Below are positions 1 to 17,509 of a DNA stretch of 64,000 nucleotides, one piece after another. Both the position numbers and the translations under genes were made by a program. How positions within the stretch are numbered: the first letter of the stretch is position 1; the number at the start of each line of letters is the position of its first letter. Below the pieces are notes generated by a model. It was not told the DNA's origin. It did not search any database and saw only the letters and a list, made by a program, of their open reading frames with translations. Source of the DNA: Octopus vulgaris (taxonomy: Eukaryota); contig OX597814.1 of the NCBI GenBank assembly GCA_951406725.2, positions 175,708,001-175,772,000 on the forward strand. Direction: 5' to 3'.

Positions 1-109
1 AACATGCATATATAATATATTATACACATACGCACGCAAATACACACACGCATATATATATATATATATATTGTATGTATGTACATATGTATGTATATAT
101 ATATATATG

Positions 110-192
<83 letters not shown>

Positions 193-645
193 TCGTATAA
201 TCGTTGATAGATGTTTTATCTATAACATTACTGGATGGTTGAATTCGTTTCGGTTGGCCGTGCATCTATTAATCATAAATGAATGCATGGGTGGCCAAAT
301 CGATTCCATTCTGAACGACTAGTTGAAATACCGGCAGTCCAAACACAGCTTTATGTCGTTGACCAAGGCACGTATCTCTCCATCATCGACTTTACTTAAT
401 CCGAAGTAGGTAATGCAAAATGATACAGACCACCGCTAAATGCAAACTCAAGTGATCCTTTGGTGCGCAATGTCAAGTTTAATCAGCCCAAAGCATACAT
501 TGATGAATGACCATTATATCCAGTGACATTAGTTTTCTTTCTTTCGTCTACTAAACGCTATGAAAATTTCAACGATTCTCTAAATCTTGAGGATTCAGAA
601 AGAGATTAAAATATCAGGTAGGGGTAACTTGTATTTTAACTATTA

Positions 646-1102
646 TCTTTTACTTGTTTTCATCATTGGACTGTGGCCACGCTGGGACACCGCCCTGAAG
701 GGTTTAGTCGAACAAATTTCTCTCGGTACATAAATGTTTTGTAAAGGGTGGTACTTACTCTATCGCTCTCTTTTGTTGAACCGCTAAACAATGGTCATGT
801 AAACAAACCAGCAGCGGTTGTCAAACGGTGGTAGTGTTAGGTGACACAATTACAAAAACAAAGACATCAACACATACACACACACACATACACACACACA
901 CGCACACACACACACACACTCACACACTTACACATATACGACTGGATTCTTCACTGTTCCCATCTACCAAATTTACTCACAGGATATTGGTCTAACCGGA
1001 TTATAGTAGAAGATACTTGCTCAAGGTGCCACGCAGTGGGACAGAACCCAAAGCCACATGGAGGCAAAGTGAGCTTTTTAACCACATAACCATGCCCGCG
1101 CC
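646..1102 (-). mobile_element. tRNA-derived SINE, family A (CORE-SINE-like), diverged; duplicate at 7225-7679
   Basis: Minus-strand tRNA-like head, CORE-like ggcaccttgagcaag, internal (CA)n; homologous to 13369-13782. Confidence 0.85.
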
Positions 1103-1452
1103 TATTTCTTACATTATTTGAATTTTTGGAAAGGATGTAAAAGGGTTGAAGAATAATAAATGGAATATGTACAGTATTTTACTGCTATTCATTCATTTGA
1201 GCTAGATTAAATGTTATATCTATCAGCAACACTTCTACAGAAGTCATATATACCTTTACCTTTGGCAATTGAATCATTAGTCTACCGAAGAACGTATATA
1301 TTGATCTTTCCACACCATTTCGTCATTTGTACCAAGTGTCAATATGTTTAAAGTTCGTAACTTAGATAAGTTTGTATGAAGCCGTAAGGGAGACATAAGT
1401 ATTAATTAATGTTTACTCGTTCGATACATTCGGTGTATTAATATTGACAGAA

Positions 1453-1696
<244 letters not shown>

Positions 1697-1796
1697 TATA
1701 TATGTATGTATATATTAATGTTTGTTTTTATAGCAAGTTATAAAATCAAGTTAACATCAAACTAGAAGATTACTCAATACCATACCATTTAGCTTT

Positions 1797-1928
1797 GTAT
1801 TAAATTTATTCAAGAGTGGTAACAGTGACAATGATGTTTCGGCTTGAAAGCCCTCATCAGAAGTGTCTGATGAAGTCTAGCAAGTTTCGACGTCACTGTC
1901 ACCTCACTTGTAAAAATTTGATAAATAC
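1797..1928 (-). ncRNA. Imperfect palindrome with hammerhead-like core at 1836-1860 (-); duplicate at about 8432-8563
   Basis: Reverse complement reads CTGATGA-g-GGCTT-tc-AAGCC-GAAAC; the opposite arm has a decayed ctgatga; helix I not evident. Confidence 0.5.
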
Positions 1929-2130
1929 TTACATGCGAGTGTGTGTATGTGTGTGTGTTTGTATGGCTATAAATGCTTGAGAATTCACCAAAGTTCGTTC
2001 AGTATGTTGACACATAATTAGATGAATGCACATCCACAGAGCGTAGAGTGCCGGAAGAAATGCAGCAAAGTTATTTTAATGGCGGTCTTATGAATTTGTA
2101 AATCAACCCTTCCCATTGAATTACGAATAT

Positions 2131-3520
2131 TTCTCTTTACTCTTTTAATCTTTAACTTGTTTCAGTAATTTGACTGTGGCCATGCTGAAGCACTGCCTTT
2201 TAGTCGATCCCAGGACTTATTCTTTGTAAACCTAGTACTTATTCTATCGGTCTTCTTGCCGAACTGCTAAGTTGCGGGGACGTAAACACACCGGCATCGG
2301 TTGTCAAGTGATGTTGGAGGGACAAACACAGACACACAAACATATACATAGTGCGAGCAGTGGCGTGCCTCAAGGTTCTGTGCTTGGGCCCTTGTTGTTC
2401 TTAGTCTTCATAAATGACTTGCCCGACGACCTCACGCAACACACCCTTCTATTTGCCGACGATATCAAACTGGTCGCTCCTCGCGGTAATATAGAGGATT
2501 TTCGTCGATGCCTCCACCAAATTTGGAAGTGGTCTAACGATTGGGACCTGTGTCTGAACGTGTCAAAGTGCTGTCATCTGCCTGTCGGCTCCACTCCTGC
2601 AACTCAACTTGATTTCGAGCCGGGTCGTCTGCTGCTGGAGAGGACCGATCAGGTAAAGGACCTAGGTATCTTGGTGGATTCCTCCTTTTCGCCTTCGGCC
2701 CAGTGCGTCCATGCTGCCAACAAAGCACGCGGAATTCTGTTCTTGATTCGACGGTCATTCGGAATGCTCACAGCAGCCATATTCCTACCACTCTATGTCA
2801 CGCTGGTGAGACCCATATTGGAGTATGGGATTCAAGCCTCTTCTCCTTATCTCCTCAAAGACATACAGCATCTCGAAAGAGTCCAGAAGCTGGCTACCCG
2901 CATGGTTCATGGTCTCAAAAATTTGTCCTACGAAGAAAGGCTGAGGACGCTCGACCTTTATTCTCTTGAAAAACGCCGCCGCCGTAGTGATCTCATTCTC
3001 GCCCACAACATCATAAGCGGAAAGTGTAACCTCTCGAAAGAGCTGTTCTTCACTCCTGCTCCAGAGCGTCGGCTGCGGCGTCATTCCGAAAAGCTCTACC
3101 TGCGACGATTTCATCTCAATCGAAGGAGAGGAGCTTTCTCCGTCCGGGTTGCGGATCCGTGGAACAAGCTGCCAGACGAGATGGTAAAGATGCCGACGAC
3201 CGCTTTGTTCAAAGCCTCCCTGGACCTCAAGTGGCCTGAACTCTTTACATGAACACCACCCTGTACTTAACTCCATGTCCCCCTACATGGCCTTGCTATT
3301 TGCTTTTGAGCCAAATTAACTAACTAACTAACATACATATATATATATACATATATACGACGGGCTTCTTTCAGTTTCTGTCTACCAAATCCACTCACAA
3401 GGCTTTGGTCGGCCCGAGGCTATGGTAGAAGACACTTGCCCAAGGTGCCACGCAGTGGGACTAAACCCGGAACCATGTGGTTGATAAGCAAGCTACTTAC
3501 CACACAGCCACTCCTGCGCC
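2131..3520 (-). mobile_element. Family A SINE split by a LINE insertion; duplicate at 8766-10155
   Basis: Tail half 2131-2350 and head half 3333-3520 (A box tggctgtgtgg, B-box-like ggtttagtccc on -) join to match the intact copy at 13369-13782. Confidence 0.9.
2351..3332 (+). mobile_element. 5'-truncated CR1/L2-group LINE (RT C-terminal half, 3' UTR, (TAAC)n tail)
   Basis: SGVPQGSVLGPLLF, FADD, KDLG, RPILEY and WNKLP motifs; frame open to stop at 3252; (TAAC)4 tail; candidate TSD atacata at 2344-2350 and 3333-3339. Confidence 0.93.
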
Positions 3521-4769
3521 TATTATATTATAAATGATTTAAATGTTTCTAAAATAGAATGCTATTTTATTCCATAGTTTGTCAGTATCATAAAGAATAC
3601 ATATGTAATAGTTTCTAATATAGGTACAAGGTTTCATATTTTGGTATAAAGTAAATTATATGGAAACATAGTACATGACTGACCCTTTATTTTATCAAAC
3701 CAGAAAAGATACCACCACTCTCAATACACACCCTATGTGTTTTAAATGATCTAAGTAGACTGGCTATATACACTTCTTAACTATGGTTGCTTAAGTTATC
3801 TCACTGGAATAATCTTAGGTCAAAATTGGTTTCATAACAAGAGCATGCAAACTTATTCAGTTACATGTCAAAGCATTAGATTGTAAGGTTGTGTAACATG
3901 ATATAAACATTGTATCTCTTGATTGAGACATCTTGCTTTTCAAATGCATGTTGGAAAATATTGAAGTAGGTTTCTTTGTGGCATAACTCTTCTACTTATC
4001 AACGTATCTTTCACCTACACTACGAGCCATCTCTCCTCAGTAAGTTTCGTTATGTTTGCGAACGTTTCGTCATAATACTTTATACGGTATACTATGTTTC
4101 TAAAATTTGCAGCGGATATGTGGTTTTGTGGCATACTTCTTGCCATGCTTTTTACAGTTTTGTACTTAAAGATTATAGATCTTTTGAATATACCAGCTTT
4201 AATATTGAGATTATTTCTCAGAAAACTTTTTAAAACTGTTTGCTGCTTCAATGGGCACCTATCATCATTATGTTAATAAACTTTTCTTACGTATGAAAAT
4301 AAGCTTTTTGGTCAGCGTAAGGTCAGCCCTTCATGGCCAGAACTGTAACCAAATGTACTTCAGCCATAACCAGCCGAACTCTCTATATATCTAAAATCAC
4401 ATTCACCAAGGTGTCCTTCATTTTTTGAAAGAGGTGGGAAGTGACTTAAGGGAATTCGGTTGCTATGACTAGCAGGTAGAGTAACTTCATAGAGGTGCTT
4501 CCATTGTTTTGGGCTTCATGATGTTTTTCTTTCTTTGGTCCAGGTCAGTCCTCATCGAGTTGTGTTGTAATCAAAGGCATTCTAGCCGTGATCATCCCAT
4601 CTTTTTTCCGCACCGAGTGAACTGCAAGACTACATTATCTATAGCGTCCTTTTTTGAAGTCAGTAGTGTGTGATTGTGGGAGGGACTTGGCTGTTGTTTC
4701 TACCAGGTTCAACGTAAAGAATCTTGTTGTTATTGTTCTTACTGCTGCTGCTGTTGTTGATAGATTTGC

Positions 4770-4949
4770 TGTTTGCTGTTGTTGTTGTTGTTCTTCTTCT
4801 TCTTTTTTCCTCCTCCTCCTCCGTCTTCTTCTTCTTCTTCTTCTTCCTCTCCTCCGCCCCCTCCTCCTCCTCCTCCTCCTTCTTCTTCTTCTTCTTCCTC
4901 TTCCTCTTCCCCCTCCTCCTCCTCCTCCTCCTCCTCTTCTTCTTCTTCT

Positions 4950-4980
<31 letters not shown>

Positions 4981-4985
4981 GCTGC
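4770..4985. repeat. Compound (GTT)/(CTT)/(CCT) trinucleotide repeat; duplicate at about 11405-11612
   Basis: Direct reading. Confidence 0.95.
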
Positions 4986-5256
4986 TGGTATACTTGTTTT
5001 TAAAAACAAATATATTTTCTCGAATATAGAAAAAATATAGAAATTCATTGAAAGAACGAACATAGGAACAAAATGAAGTCTGAGATGAGATACAAAAGAG
5101 AACAAAAACAGTGAGATAATAAAAGCAAACTCCCTCAAAGGCTCGTTAAAACAATGCTCAACATCACAAACACACGCACACATAGTGAAGGCGCGTGGCC
5201 TTGTGGTTAGGCTATAGCACTCATAATCACTAAATCGTGGGTTCGATTCCCTAATT

Positions 5257-5356
5257 NNNNNNNNNNNNNNNNNNNNNNNNNNNNNNNNNNNNNNNNNNNN
5301 NNNNNNNNNNNNNNNNNNNNNNNNNNNNNNNNNNNNNNNNNNNNNNNNNNNNNNNN
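5257..5356. other. Assembly gap (100 N)
   Basis: Run of exactly 100 N. Confidence 1.
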
Positions 5357-5379
5357 TAGGACGTGGAGAATTGCTTCAA

Positions 5380-5750
5380 AATTCTTTGCGGTATTTAGTT
5401 GCAGCGTTCTACGTTCTGAGCTCAAATCTCGGCAAAGTCAACTTCACCTTTCACGGTTAAGAAAATAAAGTATCAATCAAATACTGGAGTTTATATTGTC
5501 TATTGTTACCCCCTCAGTATTTCTGATATGCCTGGATACAAATTTAATTATTCAGTTTGAAAAGAGGCGGTGGATTGGTAGAATCGTTAAAGCGTCGGTC
5601 AAAATATCAGGTGTCATTTTTACCGACTCTTTACGTTCTAAGTTTAATTCCCGTGGAAGTCAGCTTTGTTTTTATCCTTTCGGGGTCCATAAAATAAAAT
5701 ACCAGTCAAGTACTGGAGTCAATTTAATTGACTAAACTCTCCCCCAAATC
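5380..5750 (+). mobile_element. Two decayed family B SINE copies
   Basis: cgttctgag..caaat and atcctttcggggtc..taaaataaa.tacca motifs. Confidence 0.7.
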
Positions 5751-6132
5751 TGAAGTTGATTGTCTATCAAATAAACTATCATTTAGTTCCAAGGAGCAGA
5801 GGAATATTTTCACACCCGCTGCCAAATCTGTAACAGCTGTGGGGTGATACTTTTCAACGGAACATGGGCAAAAAATGGAGTTTCGAGGAAAGGTTAAATA
5901 TAGAGATTAGTTTGGATTTTGGAGGAGAGACAGTTGGAATCACAGAACAAATACAGCACGTAAATTGGCACACTGTTAGCTAATTCAGAAGAGAAGAGAG
6001 GTGGAGGTAGGCAATTCGTTAGTTTAAAGAAGAAAAAGCCATTGAAGTCGCGGAAGAAGTGACAAATGATGGATAAAATACGTTGAGATACTAACGGTTA
6101 TAGCTGCACATGGATGCCATATATATATATAT

Positions 6133-6327
6133 GTGACCTCGTGTGTACCGTTGGCGATTGTTTTCCCTCTGTCTTCCCTTCTCTGGATCTTTCTTTCTCC
6201 TATGTTTCCGACGAAGAGCTCCGCTCGAAACGTTAAATCCTCCTTCTTTCCTTCTCTCCTGAGCGTCCAATAATACTATATTTGTTCCACGTCCTCGCGT
6301 TGTGTTTTTTTGTGCTTTCTTGTTTGG

Positions 6328-6330
<3 letters not shown>
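6133..6330 (+). mobile_element. ~200-bp mini-element in (TA)n carrying an HHR-like motif (6204-6238)
   Basis: gttt-CCGACGA-a-GAGC-tcc-GCTC-GAAAC-GTT-aaat; TA runs on both sides; related sequence at 56878-56965. Confidence 0.6.
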
Positions 6331-6377
<47 letters not shown>

Positions 6378-6579
6378 ATAGAGCAGGGTAGGTTGTTGCA
6401 CCTGTTTTTTTAAGGGTGAAAAGTTTATTTCAAATCATATCTTGTGTATCACTTGAAGAGGTTTCCACTTTGTTTGCTCATGTTGAGCTACACATAAGCT
6501 ATGTCATCTAGTCATGCTCTATATTGAAGTCTTTTCAAAAATATAGAAGGACATACGTATTTCTGTGATATATACTTTT

Positions 6580-11884
<5,305 letters not shown>

Positions 11885-12074
11885 GGGCGGCGTGTTGTGT
11901 TCATGAGCAAAACCCTTCACGTTGCTTCAGTTGCCCTTACGATCAGGAAGCAATGTTAGCCTGCTCGCCGAACCAGTGGGGTTCGCGTCATCTAAAGGCT
12001 AAAACATTGCAAAAACTCATTGTGACCAGCGATGTCTAACAACATCTGTTAGCCTAGTCGGCCACGTGATCATA

Positions 12075-12139
<65 letters not shown>

Positions 12140-12148
12140 ATCTATATA

Positions 12149-12377
12149 CTTTATTTAAAGCAGGAGAAAATTCAACAAAACCTGTTACTCTGAGTTTCAC
12201 GTTCCCGTTCGTCGGACAGTTTTTGCTAGAAAAACTGTCCGACGAACGGGAACGTGAAACTCAGAGTAACAGGTTTCGTTGAATTTTCTGCTGCTTTAAA
12301 TAAAGCATATTACTCTACCACTGGTATTTGAGTACTCTTTTTTTCCACCTTGTTTCACATTTATGTGTTTACTCCGG

Positions 12378-12380
<3 letters not shown>
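12149..12380. mobile_element. Fold-back PLE-like mini-element: about 76-bp inverted arms (12149-12305), each with a type I hammerhead, plus a unique tail, in (TA)n
   Basis: Arms near-perfect around gctag; ctgt-CCGACGA-ACG-ggaa-CGT-GAAA-CTC-a-GAG-TA-acag at 12235-12272 (+), mirrored at 12182-12219 (-). Confidence 0.75.
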
Positions 12381-12417
<37 letters not shown>

Positions 12418-12419
<2 letters not shown>

Positions 12420-12676
12420 GCAATGGCCCAGTGGTTAGGGCAGCGTTGTGTGTGTTTAATGAGCGAAAACACTTAAAAGCTCCACGATGCTCCGGCAGGG
12501 GGTGGTGATCCCTGCTGTACTCTTTCACCACTCTTTCTCCCACTCTTTCTTCTGTTGGCCTGCTCGCTTAGCCAGCGGGGTGGCGTCATTCAAAAGGCTA
12601 AAACAATGCGAACGCATAGTGACCAGCGATGTGTAACAACATCTGATGGTCTGGTCGGTCACGTGATCACGTGACA
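12418..12676 (+). mobile_element. SINE with family C-like body and family D-like tail; B box deleted
   Basis: tggcccagtggttagggcagcg joined directly to the body; tail gtgaccagcgatgtgtaacaacatctg. Confidence 0.75.
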
Positions 12677-13184
12677 TATATATATATATATACATACACC
12701 ATTTAGTTTTGGGGATGGAGCTAAGTAACGTCTAATAAGACAACGGAGATGTCGTTTGATGGATATTTTTAGGACCGCAAAGGGTTTTTACAATGACAGT
12801 CCACTTATTGTATTGGGTAATTTCTTTTGAAATGGCGTCGTTTTCTTAATTCAATAACTTCGTTTAGGAGGAGCAATTGTTTGTTTGCTTTCGTTGATTT
12901 TTTTTTAGTATTTTTTGTTATATATTTATATTAGTCCAGAAATAGCTTAACCTTATTCTCTGGACATTGAAGGATTGGTATTATTGATTTGTTCAAAATT
13001 GTTCTTGAAAAGAACTACAATAGCAGCAGGAGCAGTCTCTGCAACAGCAGCGGCTGCAGTCGCAGCAACAATAGCTACAAGAATAATTTCGTTTCCGAAG
13101 AGAACGCCGCCAGAAGCAACAACACGAGTAAAAGTATCAATTTTTGCAGCAGCAGCAGCAGCAGCGGCACTAACAAGCCTACAA

Positions 13185-13300
13185 GAGATCCTCCAAGTAG
13201 TCGCTCAGCCTGCTAGAAATTGTGACCTAATTTCTCACAAATCGCACCCTTTCGTCTTAAAAATGGAAGGACATATTAAATAATGTAATCTAAAAATGAA
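13185..13300 (+). repeat. Ancient dispersed repeat; other decayed copies near 4420, 22410, 29935, 31470, 33240 and 55890
   Basis: Recurrent ctgctagaaa(t)agc..ccaaat..caaatc.caccct..cgtctt motif. Confidence 0.55.
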
Positions 13301-13368
13301 AAATCTACGTTTAAAGGGAGCTACGTTTAGTGTACTATCGATCATAAATATGGACGAATAGTAACACA

Positions 13369-13589
13369 CTCTTACTCTTTTACTTGTTTCACTCATTTGA
13401 CTGTGGTCATGCTGGAGCACCGCCTTTAGTCGAGCAAATCGGCCCCAGGACTTATTGTTTGGAAGCCTAGTATTTATTCTATCGGTTTCTTTTGCCGAAC
13501 TGCTATGTTACGGGGATGTAAACACACCACCATCGGTTGTCCAGCGATCTTGCAGGGACAAACACAGACACACAAACATATAAACACAT

Positions 13590-13626
<37 letters not shown>

Positions 13627-13782
13627 GGGCTTCTTTCAGTTTCCGTCTACTAAATCCACAAGGCTTTAGTCGGCCCCAGGCTATAGTAGAAGACACTTAC
13701 TCAAGTTGCCACGCAGTGGGAATGAACCCCGGAACCATGTGGTTGGTAAGCAATCCACATACCACACAGCCACTCCTGCGCC
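13369..13782 (-). mobile_element. Family A SINE, full length
   Basis: Head ggcgcaggagtggctgtgtgg..ggttcattcc; CORE-like segment; internal (TA)/(TG); tail ..gaaacaagtaaaagag. Confidence 0.9.
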
Positions 13783-14699
13783 TGGGGATAAAAACAACAA
13801 CGATATGAAAATATTATGATAAGAGTAAAATTGGACAATAATGTTGTTATGACTGAAATAGATGACGCCTCTCACTCGAAAATGTTTACTCTTTTTCCTG
13901 CAAAAAAAAAAAGAAAAACCGAGAACACGCACTACTCCCCTTGAAGCGGTATCTAGCTGCATATGTGTATCTAACTGCATAAATGTAATTTAAGGCTTTA
14001 GGAAAGTTTTACTCATCGTTGCACATATTATTTATAATTCTGTTATAACTATTATTAATATAGAAGGGTAAGCTGTAGTTTTCTGTATCTTTTCTAGATT
14101 TCAAATTTTTAAAAACTGCTTTTGTAAAACTTTCCACACAACGGGAATAATTAATATCTTAATTCCATACGAAGAAGAACGCATATATTTCATAATTTTA
14201 GTTCGATCTCTAGCGTACCACGCTGCCCAGTGTACTGAGCAGTGCAGGGTGACGATAGAGCCAAATACTCTAATGTACCATAAAATTACAATGATCGAGT
14301 GTTTGAACACTTGGTCAGTGGTTCTCAAAGTCAGAACTACTCCAAGTATCTATCACGTCCTACATTTCTTTATTAATGAGAATATTATATGTGTTCATGG
14401 TTGGTTGGCATCCTTTTTGTCTCGGGAGACAATGGAATTGCGCATAAAGTAGTCTAGTCCGGCTTTTATATTTCATGTCCTGATACATTTCCTGCTGTGG
14501 ATGTGTAGTCCTATCCTGGACAAACACTCCCTCTGGCAGTTTCTTGTTGACGTATTTTCTTGTCTCTCCATTTCTCCTCTCTCTCTCTGTCACTCCTTTG
14601 TATTCCCTCTCTTATATCTGTTCATATAATTGTTGCTTTTTTCTTTATCAGGATATCAAACTTTTAAGCTTGCTCAAACTTAATTTGTTTTCATTACTA

Positions 14700-15115
14700 A
14701 GCATGGCACTAGCAGAATCGTTACCACGCCGGATAAAACGTTTAGCAGTATTTCTTCTGGCTTTACGTTCTGAGTTCAAATGACGCCGAAATAGTTTGCG
14801 TCTTTTATCGTTTCGGGGTCGATAAAATAAATACCAGTTGAGAATTGCAGTTGACGTAATCGATTCCCCACCTCAAAATTTCTGGCCTTTTGCCAGATAT
14901 TAGAAAGACTTATCATGGCAAAAGAGGCAATATGGCAGATTTGTCGGCACGGCGGAGAAAACGTTCAGTGGCATTTCATCTCGCTTTATATTCTGAGTTC
15001 AACTGTCGCCGAAGTCCACTTTGCATTTCATTCTTTCGGGGTCGATAAAATAAGTGCTGTTGAAACACTTATCGACTAGTACCCTCCACCAAAATTTCAA
15101 GTTTTGTGTGTATAG
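14700..15115 (+). mobile_element. Two decayed family B SINEs
   Basis: ttctgagttcaa and tttcggggtcgataaaataa motifs. Confidence 0.75.
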
Positions 15116-16391
15116 TGGAAATAATTATTACACAATGCGATTTCTGAAACTTCTTTTCAATCCTCCAGGCTCCCTTTGCAGGAAAAGTACTGTTCTTGGT
15201 AATGGGAGCACATTTAAAGTATTGACAGAGTATTGTTTTATTGCGGCAAATCTTACGTAAATAAATTCGCAGACGCAGGCATTTGGTGATATAGCAGAAC
15301 AAATTGTATTCTTTTACGTTTGAAAATGAATTGTCAGAGAGTCGGATGGATGAAATAAATATCAGAGATGCTTTTCCTCAAGAAGAAACTGCAAGCGCTT
15401 CTAAATCTATTGCAATGCTGGACTCACTTTCGTAACGTCAGCATATTTGTCACAAGCATTTCACGTCTTAGCTTGTACGCTTCACTTGAGTGGGATAGCA
15501 AGGACTAAGCTAGACGTCACTTACGGAAGGGCTCCGATGGCAATCTCTTATCAATCATAGCCATCTTGTGCTAGTTTTATCTGCCGTGCCTATTCCCTTG
15601 ATGGTTTTCTTCAGTTGTCTGGGGTTCATACATATCTTCACTGCATTCATTTCGACCGCATGTGTTCTGAGTCCAAATCTCATCAAGACCGACTTTGTCA
15701 TTCATCCAAAAATAAACTGGTCATTCAAGGCTGAAATTTAGAGTGATGGGTTGAAAGAATATTTAGAGCGACGGCCGAGTTTTCCTACGGCATCTGTCCA
15801 AGCTCTTTGCGTTCTGAGTTCAAATTCTACTTTGGTTTTAATGGCCAGGACTCATCAACCGGCAGAGAGAATCCTGTGTAGCCTGCAGTTATCCATCATT
15901 ATCGCTTCAGCCTTGTGTTATTTGTTCCGGATCACTATGTTCTTAGTTCAAATCCTACCAAGATAACTTCACCTTTCATTCTTCTGAGATGGGTAAAGTT
16001 AATAGTCTGGGCCGGTTGGTTAACAGAGTTGGTAGAGCGCTGTACAAGAAGCTTTGTGATATATGCTTCAGCATTTTGCGCTCTAATTCTTGGACAGTAC
16101 ACACCACTTAACGCTTCGCCAAATCCTTGGGTTCCTTAAGCCAAGCTTACTTTAATTGCATGCATTCGAGTCAGATCTCAGTTTAAGGATAAATTCTAAT
16201 CTTCTTGAAAACCTAAGGCTACTGGGCGTTACCCGTCTGTTTCTGACTAAAGAGTGATACGCACACGTGCGCGAATACGCTGACACAGGCACACAGGCAT
16301 CCACCATCACGTACAAACACTCATACACCACTACCAACGATAAAACAACCATCTTCCCAATAAAAATCATTTGTGTGTCTGACTGACTCAT

Positions 16392-16442
<51 letters not shown>

Positions 16443-16769
16443 CACCCAGTATAAATATAAACAGCTGAGTAAAACTGACCGTTGGCCACACTGCTAAAAG
16501 CAAAGCAAAACGTGAGCGTGATATTGCAAAGGAGATTTAATCGTTGCCAATAAGATCAGAGGGATGTGATGAAAGAACTCTAGCAAATCAACTAATAAAT
16601 TAATTAGTATCAACTTAATGGTTATTTATATAATTAATTGATTACTAGCGGGACCCGCGAATATTTCACGGAATTAATGGTAAACCTGTTGAGTTATTTC
16701 TGAAAACTTTATCCAAAAAAACTGAAAGTATAGCCTGTGTTGTGTCAGTATGGAAAGATAGTCGTTCAT

Positions 16770-17447
16770 CTGCTACTCATCTGGTGGTCGGAAATAAGGT
16801 AAAGGTTGACTCGTCCAAGAAAATAACATTCTTCCACTGCTCTAGGGACCGATTCTGTAGGTTTTTACTCCACCCTAACGCTTTGCAACGTTTGTATTTG
16901 AAAGTAATGGTTTTCTGATTGCAGCCCTCCCGTGAAATCTGGCTTTGTGCATCTCCCGGCGAACAGTTTTTGTGGAAACTGCATTCTCGAGGTTGTCATT
17001 AAGCTCTGCAGTAATTTTGGGAGCTGTACTATTATGATCCTTTCTAACAATTCGCGTAAGAGTCTGAAGGTCCCTATCTGAAAGTTTTGCTTTTCTTCCG
17101 GAGTTTTGTTTCGACGAAAAGGTTTTTCTCTCGTTCTCAAAGACTGTCATTACTTTCGAGATAGTACTTCTTGATACATCAAACATTTCGACTGTTTTCG
17201 TTACTCTAGCGCCTGTCATACGAGCAGCAACAATTTCACCTCTGTGAAAGTCTGATATATCTGTCGTTTTAATGATTTTTTAAACCATTTTCTTATGATA
17301 TCTGCAAAGAAACAGCAATTTTTGCAAAATATATTAAGCAACACTAATAATAAATCTAAAAACATAAAAATAAAGATTCTTTTGACGGTTTTATAGATAT
17401 TTCAAAATTATGATACTAGGTGTTTCCACTATTTTGTCCAACCCCTG
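16770..17447 (-). mobile_element. Tc1-family transposon, 5' half (pseudogenised transposase)
   Basis: TA-CAGGGGTTGGACAAAAT terminus; HTH region, GRKAKLS, RKPLLS, then W..VIFLDES after a frameshift. Confidence 0.9.
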
Positions 17448-17509
17448 TATGTATATATATGGCCACAGCTCATAAGCTGAAACTAGAATCAATCAATCAA
17501 TCAATCATA

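Noticed and set aside
2272-3252. 326-aa ORF as a host gene
   Set aside because: It is a truncated LINE RT; its N-terminus is SINE-derived and starts at TTG
3976-4276. Overlapping 60-85-aa ORFs
   Set aside because: No recognisable motifs; expected by chance, and repeated only because of the duplication
12975-13283. Ala-rich 102-aa ORF
   Set aside because: Derived from a (GCA)n low-complexity tract running into an ancient repeat
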